This document shows, piece after piece, positions 49,970 through 57,466 of a DNA stretch of 57,466 bases (positions within the stretch are counted from its first letter, which is position 1; each line of letters opens with the position of its first letter). A model generated the notes under the pieces. That model worked only from the letters and a program-made list of their open reading frames with translations, did no database searches and was not told the DNA's origin. The DNA is taken from contig DASTJZ010000075.1 in the NCBI GenBank assembly GCA_035716185.1, positions 1 through 57,466 on the forward strand, read 5' to 3'. The DNA is from Candidatus Dormiibacterota bacterium (GTDB lineage: Bacteria; Chloroflexota; Dormibacteria; CF-121). The translations under genes were made by a program, and so were the position numbers.

Positions 49970-52634
49970 GCGATTCACGCTGCCGACGCTCAGGATCCGG
50001 ACCCAGATCATCCTGCCTTTTTTGCTGCTGATGGTGATCCTGGGGGTAATCGGAACCTACCTCACCACCAGCCTCGTCGCCACATCACTCGACAACCGCA
50101 TTGCCGACCAGCTCGTTCATGCCAACGACGCGGCGCTCGACGCGGCCGTTAAGCTGCAAGGCCAGCAGGTTGCCGCCATCCGTCTGATTGCCAATACCGA
50201 GGGCGTTGACCAGGCTGTGGCAGCCGGCGACGCCGGGGCGCTCCGGCAGCTGATCGTGCCGCTCGAGGTCAATAACCGGCTTGGCACGGTGATGATCTTC
50301 GACGCCCGGGGGCGAACCATCCTCGAAGTCAGTCAGCCCGACGCCAGCAACCCGAACGGCCTGGTCTTCAAGAGCGGCACCGATCTGTCGGCCGAACCCG
50401 TGGTGCAGCCGGTCCTGAAGGGCGAGTACGACGCCCTCGGAGACAAGTACATCGGCTATCGCGGCTCACCGCCGACTTCGCTTGCCGCCGCCGGACCGGT
50501 GACATTTGGAGACCGGGTCGTTGGTGGCATCCTCCTGGAGACACCGCTCAACGAAGTGCTCGCCGACATGCAGAGCAAGTCTCAGGCGCAGGTCGTCCTC
50601 CTCGATGGGAACGGCCACTTGCTTGGCAGCACGATCCAGGGGCTCCACAGCGGCCTGATTGACGAGCACCTGCGTTCGTACCTGGCCCTGGCATCACCGG
50701 GTCGGGCCGCGACCCGAAGCATCACCGTCGGAGGCCAGGACTTCGAATTCCAGTTCACCAACTTCTATCTTCGCCAGGACGCGGCCGGCTACCTGGCGGT
50801 CGCCCTATCGCGCAAGAGCGTCGTCGATACCGGCCTCCACTCGGCCTTCCAGATGACCGTCCTCTTCGCGGGAGTCGTTCTCGTACTGCTGTTGATTGGC
50901 TATCTGCTGGCGCTGCGTCTGACCCGACCGATCGAGGACCTCGTCGCCGGAACGCAGGCGGTGGCCCGGGGCGATCTCACCAAGCGGCTCAATGTCCGGC
51001 GGCGCGACGAACTCGGCGAGCTGGCCGTTGCCTTCAACACCATGACCCAGGACCTCCAGGAGCGGACCCGTTCTCTGAATGAACAGATGCGACGGCTGGC
51101 TGCGCTCTCGCAGTCCAGCCAGGGTCTGGGCAAGCAGGCGGAGCCGGGTGCCATGGCGGAAGCGATCCTGGGGGTCAGCCTGAAGGCACTCGGGTTGGAG
51201 AAGGCCCTGCTGCTGGCCCGCAACGACCTCAACGGATTGGAAATCCGCGCGGCCGTGGGTCTTCCGGAACATGGTGCGGCGCAACTCGGCCGCCTCAGCC
51301 CGGCCAAGCTTGCCGAAGGCTTTGCGACGGAATCCTCGGTCTCCGTTGAAACCGTCGCCAAGCTGGCCAGTGATCAACGCCGCCCACTGCGGACGTTTGC
51401 CGAGCTTGCTGAGGTCGATCAGGCTCTCGTGGTTCCGCTGGTCCGCGCCGAGCGGAACGCCGGGTACCTGATCGCGGGCGTCGCTGCCGGGTACAGCTTG
51501 CCGCAGCAGGACATAGAGCTGCTGCAAACGATTGCCACCGAGATCGCACTGATGATCGAAAACGCCGAGCTGCGCAAGAAGACCGAGCTTCAGGCCCACC
51601 GACTGGATCAGGCGATCATCGCCCTGGAGAAGATTTCTGAGGCCTTGACCGCGGTAACGGTGGGTACCGATAACCTGTTGCGCGCGGTCGCGCACGCAAC
51701 GGCCGAGATCCTGGACGTCCCCTTTGCATCATTGCATTTGCGCAAGCCGGTCTGGCGCCAGCAATTCAATGACGTCATCGTTGGATCGACCAACCGGCGC
51801 GAGCTGGCAGCGATACGTCGCAGCGGCGAGTTGGCGGCGGAACGCGTGGAGCGACCCGAACAGGTCGTGGAGTTCGACCTGGTCGACGAGCGTGGCGAGT
51901 CGCTACCGGCAGCCCGCCGTTCCGGACTCAAGCGAGCGGTAGCCGTTCCCATGTGCCTGGCGGGCGAAATCGTTGGCGTCCTCGTCATTCACATGCGGAC
52001 GCCGCGCGCCCTCGAACGCAGCGAGGTCAGGGTTCTCCAGACGCTGGCCAACCAGGCCGTCATCGCGATCGAGAATGCCGCGGCCTACGAGCGCACCAAA
52101 CAGCTGGCAACCACCGACTCGCTCACCGGGGTGGCCAACCATCGCGAGCTGGACGCCTACCTCGACCGAGAGTTCCAGCGGGCAAAGAAGGCGGAGGAGC
52201 CGTTCGCGCTGCTGATCTGCGACCTGGACCATTTCAAAGACATCAACGACAGCGTCGGCCATCCCGCGGGTGACGCGGTGCTGCGCCATCTGACGCGCCG
52301 GATTCTGGTGCCGGCGGTCCGGCCCAAGGACCTGGTGGCACGCTACGGCGGCGACGAGTTTGTCCTGGTCCTTCGCGGCGCCGACAGCCGCTCGGCATCG
52401 ATGGTTGCGGAACGGATCCGCCGGATGGTTGCCGGGCAGGCGGTGATGCTCGACGGCAAAGTGGTCTCCAATCTGTCGATCAGTGTCGGCATCGCTGTCT
52501 TTCCGAAGGACGGCGATACGCGTGAAGGGCTGGTCCAGGCCGCCGACCAGGCGCTCTACGTCGCCAAGCGGTCCGGCCGCAACCGCGTCGTGCGCAGCGA
52601 TGCCGGCATGTCTGACGTGCAGCTGGCCAGCTAG
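49962..52634 (+). CDS. Membrane diguanylate cyclase (TM-sensor-TM-HAMP-GAF-GAF-GGDEF)
   Basis: Two TM flanking an extracellular domain; HAMP RPIEDL...[12 protein letters not shown]; TDSLTG; DLDHFK..ND..GH..GD; RPKD I-site 5 aa before GGDEF. Confidence 0.93.
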   Translation: MARRFTLPTLRIRTQIILPFLLLMVILGVIGTYLTTSLVATSLDNRIADQLVHANDAALDAAVKLQGQQVAAIRLIANTEGVDQAVAAGDAGALRQLIVPLEVNNRLGTVMIFDARGRTILEVSQPDASNPNGLVFKSGTDLSAEPVVQPVLKGEYDALGDKYIGYRGSPPTSLAAAGPVTFGDRVVGGILLETPLNEVLADMQSKSQAQVVLLDGNGHLLGSTIQGLHSGLIDEHLRSYLALASPGRAATRSITVGGQDFEFQFTNFYLRQDAAGYLAVALSRKSVVDTGLHSAFQMTVLFAGVVLVLLLIGYLLALRLTRPIEDLVAGTQAVARGDLTKRLNVRRRDELGELAVAFNTMTQDLQERTRSLNEQMRRLAALSQSSQGLGKQAEPGAMAEAILGVSLKALGLEKALLLARNDLNGLEIRAAVGLPEHGAAQLGRLSPAKLAEGFATESSVSVETVAKLASDQRRPLRTFAELAEVDQALVVPLVRAERNAGYLIAGVAAGYSLPQQDIELLQTIATEIALMIENAELRKKTELQAHRLDQAIIALEKISEALTAVTVGTDNLLRAVAHATAEILDVPFASLHLRKPVWRQQFNDVIVGSTNRRELAAIRRSGELAAERVERPEQVVEFDLVDERGESLPAARRSGLKRAVAVPMCLAGEIVGVLVIHMRTPRALERSEVRVLQTLANQAVIAIENAAAYERTKQLATTDSLTGVANHRELDAYLDREFQRAKKAEEPFALLICDLDHFKDINDSVGHPAGDAVLRHLTRRILVPAVRPKDLVARYGGDEFVLVLRGADSRSASMVAERIRRMVAGQAVMLDGKVVSNLSISVGIAVFPKDGDTREGLVQAADQALYVAKRSGRNRVVRSDAGMSDVQLAS

Positions 52635-52680
52635 CCGCAGCGCCGATCGCGCGCCGGCCATTGGTTAATCTGTCGAAACC

Positions 52681-53952
52681 ATGGCCCCCATCGCGCAGCG
52701 TCCACGCGGCACACAGGACTTGCTGCCCGCTGATCAACCCTACTGGGAGGCTGCGCGTGCGGCCGCCACCGACCTTGCCGGGCGGTTCGGATACCAGCGA
52801 ATCGAAACTCCCGTTTTCGAAGCAACCGAGCTCTTCGTTCGCGCCGTTGGCGAGGCAACCGACATCGTGAGCAAAGAGATGTTCAGCTTCAAGGACCGCG
52901 GCGGCCGATCGCTGACCCTCCGGCCGGAGGGAACAGCACCGATCATGCGAGCGTATTTCGACGCCGCGATGCAGATGGAACCGCAGCCGGTGCGACTGTA
53001 TTACCTGGGACCATACTTTCGATCCGAACGACCGCAGCGTGGCCGCTTTCATGAGTTCCGGCAGTTCGGTATCGAGGCCATCGGTGACCCGAGTCCGCTG
53101 CTCGACGTCGAGGCCATCCTGTTGGGATGGCGCTGGTTTGCCGCGCTCGAGCTTGGCGGGATCACGATTCAGCTGAACAGCATTGGCGACGAAGTCTGTC
53201 GCCCCGCGTATCGTGGGCAGCTCCGCGACTACTATCGTCCGCATCTCGGCGAACTGAGCGCGGAGAGTCGAGTCCGCTTCGAGAAAAACCCGCTCCGTCT
53301 CTTCGACTCCAAAGAACCAGCGGAAGAGGCGTTGAAGCGCAATGCCCCGCGGATCGTGGATCACCTGTGCGAGCCGTGTGCCACGGCGTTCAAGACGGTC
53401 AGGGAGGCGCTGGCCGCAGAGCAAATTCCCTTCACTCTGAACTCGGAGTTGGTCCGCGGACTCGATTACTACACCCGCACGGTCTTTGAGTATCAGCACG
53501 AGAGTCTTGGCGGAGCTCAGAACGCGCTGGGTGGCGGCGGCCGTTACGACGGCCTCGCCGCGGTGCTCGGCTACCGCCCGACGCCCGGCATCGGTTTTGC
53601 CCTGGGCATGGACCGCACTCTGATGGTGCTCAAGGACCACCGGCAGCTGGAGCCGCCCACCCCGGACGTTTACGCGCTGGCCGTCGAGCCCGATGATGAG
53701 CGCTACGTCTTTCACCTGGCCGACAGCTTGCGCGAGCAGGGCCTCAACGTCGTCTTCGACCCAACGATTGCTCGGCTCGATGCCAAGCTGCGCAAGGCGG
53801 CCAAGCGTGGGGCGCGCGTCGCGCTGCTCGTCGGGCCCGAGGAGCGCGAAAAGGGCGAAGCGGTGGTTCGCGACATGCGCTCAAAGACCCAGGTGAGCGT
53901 GGCCGAGCGCGAGGTCGTCTCCATGGTGACCCAGGCGCTCGGCGCCAGGTGA
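52681..53952 (+). CDS. hisS: Histidine-tRNA ligase
   Basis: RGTQD, LRPEGTA, RPQRGRFHEFRQ, LVRGLDYY, GGGRYDGL. Confidence 0.97.
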   Translation: MAPIAQRPRGTQDLLPADQPYWEAARAAATDLAGRFGYQRIETPVFEATELFVRAVGEATDIVSKEMFSFKDRGGRSLTLRPEGTAPIMRAYFDAAMQMEPQPVRLYYLGPYFRSERPQRGRFHEFRQFGIEAIGDPSPLLDVEAILLGWRWFAALELGGITIQLNSIGDEVCRPAYRGQLRDYYRPHLGELSAESRVRFEKNPLRLFDSKEPAEEALKRNAPRIVDHLCEPCATAFKTVREALAAEQIPFTLNSELVRGLDYYTRTVFEYQHESLGGAQNALGGGGRYDGLAAVLGYRPTPGIGFALGMDRTLMVLKDHRQLEPPTPDVYALAVEPDDERYVFHLADSLREQGLNVVFDPTIARLDAKLRKAAKRGARVALLVGPEEREKGEAVVRDMRSKTQVSVAEREVVSMVTQALGAR

Positions 53953-55718
53953 GCCTGACTCCGCGCACCCCCTGCGGCGCGCTTCGACCCGAGCATGTGG
54001 GACAGCGCGCCGAGCTCTACGGGTGGGTGCATCGACGGCGGGACCTGGGCGGCTTGATCTTCATCGATCTCCGGGATCGGAGTGGCATTGTCCAGGTCAA
54101 GTTCGATCCTGTGCACGCCGAGGCCCACGCCACCGGCGGCGAGCTCCGACTGGAGTCGGTGATCCACGTCCGAGGGCCGGTTCAGCGCCGGCCGCCGGGC
54201 ACCGAAAACAGAGAGCTGGCCACCGGGGCCGTCGAGGTGGAAGCCGATGGTGTCGCCATCCTGAATCGCGCCCAGCCCCCACCCTTCGCTGTCAACGAGG
54301 ACGCCGCGGTCGACGAACAGCTGCGGCTGCGGTATCGCTACCTCGATCTGCGGCGCCAGCGGCTGGCCCGGAATCTACAGCTGCGCCACCGGATCGCCAA
54401 GGCGATCCGCGATTTCCTCGATGACGAAGGCTTTGTGGAGATCGAGACCCCGGTTCTGATTCGCAGCACGCCTGAGGGCGCACGCGATTATCTGGTGCCG
54501 AGCCGGCTGAAGCCGGGCTACGTCTACGCTCTGGCGCAATCGCCGCAGCTCTACAAACAGCTGCTCATGGTGGCGGGGATGGACCGCTATTTCCAGATCG
54601 TTCGCTGTTACCGGGATGAGGACCAGCGTGCCGATCGCCAGCCGGAGTTCACGCAGCTCGACCTCGAAATGTCGTTCGTCAGCGAGGACGACGTCCTCGA
54701 TGTCATCGAGCGCTGCTTCGCCCACGTCTGGAAGCAGGTGCTGGGCGTCGAGATCAAGACGCCGATCCGCCGCATTCCCCACGCCGAAGCTCTCAGCCGC
54801 TATGGCGTCGACAAGCCCGATCTGCGCTACGGACTAGAGATTCAGGACCTTTCATCGATCTTTAGCCGGACCGAATTCAAGATCTTCCGTCAGGCCCTGG
54901 ATGCCGGGGGTGTGGTGCGTGGTATCCGGATCCCCAGAGCGATCAGTGGAAACGAGATCGGGTCGCTGACCGAGGTCGCCAGGGCCGAGGGCGCAAAGGG
55001 CCTGGCGTTCTGGCACCGGGAGGCAGACGGCTGGCGGTCGCCGATCACAAAGTTCTTCAGCGCGGCCGAACTCGCCGAGCTGCAGCGGGTGAGCCAGGCG
55101 GAAGTCGGTGACGTCGTCGTCGCGGTGGCCGACGGGCCCGACGTTGCCGCGTCGGCGCTGGGATCGGTGCGAAAGTCGGCTGCGCGGATGCTTGACCGGA
55201 TCAAAAAGGATGATGCCTTCGAGTTCGTCTGGGTGACCGATTTTCCCTTGTTCGAGCGAAGCAAGGAGACGGGTGAGATTACCGCCGCCCACCATCCCTT
55301 CACGTCACCTCGACCCGAGGATCTCCCGCTTCTCGAGACGGAACCGCTTCGCGTTCGAGCTCGTTCGTACGACCTGGTCCTCAATGGCACGGAGCTGGGA
55401 TCCGGCAGTATCCGGATCCACGACCCGGAGCTCCAACAGCGGGTCTTCGCCGGGCTGGGCATCTCGCGCGAGGACGCGGAGCGCCGTTTCGGATTTCTCC
55501 TCACCGCGTTTCGTTACGGCGCCCCACCGCATGGCGGCTTCGCCTACGGCCTGGACCGGGTCGTGATGCTGGCCGCCGGGGAGGACACCATCCGCGAAGT
55601 CATCGCGTTCCCGAAGAACCAGCAAGCCGAAGAGCCGATGACCGATGCTCCGGCGCCGGCTGATCCCAAACAACTGCGCGAATTGGGCCTCGAATTGCGT
55701 CGTCCGCCGGTGAAATAG
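53949..55718 (+). CDS. aspS: Aspartate-tRNA ligase (probably non-discriminating)
   Basis: GWVHRRRDLGG, PEGARDY, QSPQLYKQ, CYRDED.RADRQPEF, HHPFT, PPHGG.A.GLDR. Confidence 0.97.
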   Translation: MSLTPRTPCGALRPEHVGQRAELYGWVHRRRDLGGLIFIDLRDRSGIVQVKFDPVHAEAHATGGELRLESVIHVRGPVQRRPPGTENRELATGAVEVEADGVAILNRAQPPPFAVNEDAAVDEQLRLRYRYLDLRRQRLARNLQLRHRIAKAIRDFLDDEGFVEIETPVLIRSTPEGARDYLVPSRLKPGYVYALAQSPQLYKQLLMVAGMDRYFQIVRCYRDEDQRADRQPEFTQLDLEMSFVSEDDVLDVIERCFAHVWKQVLGVEIKTPIRRIPHAEALSRYGVDKPDLRYGLEIQDLSSIFSRTEFKIFRQALDAGGVVRGIRIPRAISGNEIGSLTEVARAEGAKGLAFWHREADGWRSPITKFFSAAELAELQRVSQAEVGDVVVAVADGPDVAASALGSVRKSAARMLDRIKKDDAFEFVWVTDFPLFERSKETGEITAAHHPFTSPRPEDLPLLETEPLRVRARSYDLVLNGTELGSGSIRIHDPELQQRVFAGLGISREDAERRFGFLLTAFRYGAPPHGGFAYGLDRVVMLAAGEDTIREVIAFPKNQQAEEPMTDAPAPADPKQLRELGLELRRPPVK

Positions 55719-55827
55719 CGCTCCATTAGATTCGGGCGTAAACCGTCATCGCCCTCTTGCCCGCGCGTTACCGATTGCCAAACAGATGCGACCGGCCACG
55801 CAAGGTACGCAATTTAACGTAGGTCCC

Positions 55828-56613
55828 GTGAACGCTGCGGGGATCGTTACGAAACCAGCTCGGGCGCTCGTCCTCGCCTCCGGCTTGATTGCCGCGACGA
55901 GCAGCGTCGCCTTCGCCCAGGATGTCACGGTGGCCCTGGGCACGATGGCAGGCGTTCCGGTGACCAACGCCTATCTCAACCCTCCCTTCGGACATGTTGT
56001 GCTCGGCACGCATCAGTTTGATCTGAGTAGCGGGAACATGATCCAGGTCCAGCCCGGACAGACCGCGTCGATCAGCGGCAGCTACCCCAACACCAGCCAG
56101 GTCTATGTCCTGCTCAACAGCTACAACTCCTACGGCGCCTACAAGATCGGCCAGATCGTCATGACGTTCAGCGACGGCACGACGCTGGCCACGGACCTGG
56201 TCACGGGCGGCAATATTCGCGAGTGGCGGCCAGGCGATGGGACGTCCGGTACGATCAACACCGCGACGGATACGCACCTGGTCAATGTCTGGACGGGCCA
56301 GGCCCAGCCAGCCGCGGGCGGCGGCACCGCCATCATCGATATGCTGACGATCAATCTGCCCGCCGGTCAATACAAGACGCTCACGAACATCACCATGAGC
56401 GTTACGAGCCTGAACAATCCGTACGCGACCGGCATGATCGTCCCGGGGATCACCATCAACGATGGGGTCAAGCACTGCATCCGCCCGGGTAAGTCGTGCC
56501 ACACATCGGCGGAGGACCAGAGCAAGGCATGGAAGTGGCAACCTGAGCTTCCGGGAGCGACCAACACGAACCCGCACCAGCCGAGCGACGAGAACGCCCG
56601 CGGCAATGACTAA
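55828..56613 (+). CDS. Uncharacterised secreted beta-rich protein, paralog 1
   Basis: GTG 55828 aligns with the paralog 2 ATG; signal peptide ending SVAFA|QD; YVLLNS, TFSDGT, GNIREW, IIDMLTI, CIRPG. Confidence 0.8.
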   Translation: MNAAGIVTKPARALVLASGLIAATSSVAFAQDVTVALGTMAGVPVTNAYLNPPFGHVVLGTHQFDLSSGNMIQVQPGQTASISGSYPNTSQVYVLLNSYNSYGAYKIGQIVMTFSDGTTLATDLVTGGNIREWRPGDGTSGTINTATDTHLVNVWTGQAQPAAGGGTAIIDMLTINLPAGQYKTLTNITMSVTSLNNPYATGMIVPGITINDGVKHCIRPGKSCHTSAEDQSKAWKWQPELPGATNTNPHQPSDENARGND

Positions 56614-56629
56614 ACGGACTTGAACCAGA

Positions 56630-56661
56630 GGTCCGGGCGATGCCCGGACCACTTTCTTTTT
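56630..56661 (+). terminator. Intrinsic terminator
   Basis: GGTCCGGGC-gat-GCCCGGACC followed by ACTTTCTTTTT. Confidence 0.85.
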
Positions 56662-56768
56662 GCCGCTTTGGGCCTCTGGAAAACCGTTAATCGACCGTTT
56701 CGGCCCTGTGACCAGCAGCCTGAGCCACGCCACTATGCGCGTAAGGTGCGGAATCTACAGTAGGCACC

Positions 56769-57466
56769 ATGAACGGCGCAGAAATCATTACCAAGCCTAC
56801 CCGCGCTCTTGCTATCGCATCCGGTCTCATTGCCGCGACCAGCATCGTGGGCTTCGCCCAGGATGTCACCGTGTCCCTCGGGACCACTGCGAGCGTTCCA
56901 GTGGCAAACGCCTACCTCAATGCACCGACCGGGCAGGCCTTGCTCGGCGGCCATCAGTTTGATCTGACCAGCGGGAATATGATCGTGCTGACGCCCGGGC
57001 AGAGCGCGACCATCAACGGCAGCTATTCGAATGCCTCCAGCGTCTATCTGCTCATCAACAGTTTCGACACGTGGGCCTTCTCCCCCTACTCCTACTCCGG
57101 TGCGGCCATCGGGAGGGTGGTGCTGACCTTCAGCGACGGGACGACCGAGACCACCACCTTGACCGCCGGCAGTAACGTCCGCGAATGGCGTCCGGGCATC
57201 AACACCGTGAACACGGCGACCGACCCGAATCTCGCCAATGTCTGGTCGGGCCAGGCGCAGCCAGGTGCGGGCGGCGGCACGGCCATCATCGATATGCTGA
57301 CCATTCAGACAACCCCGCTGACCACCTCCCCGAGGACGACGTACCGCACGATCACGAGCATCAGCATCATCGATGACCGCGGCATGGACGGGCCAAACGG
57401 AGCCGGGCTGCTCGTGCCGGCTATCACGATCGACCCGGCGGCGACGCAAGTCTGCATCCGGCCAGG
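56769..57466 (+). CDS. Uncharacterised secreted beta-rich protein, paralog 2 (3'-partial)
   Basis: Manual translation MNGAEIITKPTRALAIASGLIAATSIVGFA|QDVT...YLLINS...TFSDGT...NVREWRPG...IIDMLTI...VCIRPG, open to the window edge; not in the ORF track. Confidence 0.8.
   Translation, partial: MNGAEIITKPTRALAIASGLIAATSIVGFAQDVTVSLGTTASVPVANAYLNAPTGQALLGGHQFDLTSGNMIVLTPGQSATINGSYSNASSVYLLINSFDTWAFSPYSYSGAAIGRVVLTFSDGTTETTTLTAGSNVREWRPGINTVNTATDPNLANVWSGQAQPGAGGGTAIIDMLTIQTTPLTTSPRTTYRTITSISIIDDRGMDGPNGAGLLVPAITIDPAATQVCIRP

Overview
High-GC bacterial chromosomal window made almost entirely of conserved housekeeping operons on the + strand: rlmN, rpe, rpmB, Asp23-DAK2-DegV, recG-rsmD-coaD, rpmF-fabD-fabG-acpP-rnc, smc-ftsY-ylxM-ffh, rpsP-khpA-rimM-trmD-rplS-rnhB-yraN, yifB-dprA-topA, rpsB-tsf-tsf-pyrH-frr-uppS-cdsA-dxr-rseP-ispG-proS-rel, hisS-aspS. 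Gene order, short-form EF-Ts and archaeal-type ProRS suggest a monoderm, Chloroflexota-like lineage such as Ca. Dormibacterota (inference only). I saw no integrase, transposase, CRISPR array or rRNA; there is one tRNA-Leu(GAG). Main observations beyond routine annotation: (1) two paralogous 46/49-aa microproteins missed by the ORF track, co-oriented upstream of an orphan Flp pilin whose upstream region has 11-bp-period repeats; (2) a perfect 54-bp purine/pyrimidine-alternating (Z-DNA-prone) tract inside dprA, about 120 bp upstream of a long-spacer sigma70-like promoter for topA; (3) two intact tandem short-form EF-Ts genes; (4) repeated signs of non-canonical start codons (CTG, ATC, ATA, possibly ACG) and very short leaders, including fabD and rnc, whose conserved N-termini have no ATG/GTG/TTG; (5) a Pro/Thr-stalked surface protein coupled to a diguanylate cyclase, and tandem secreted paralogs with a conserved upstream element. 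All calls are by eye from motifs; no database searches were run.
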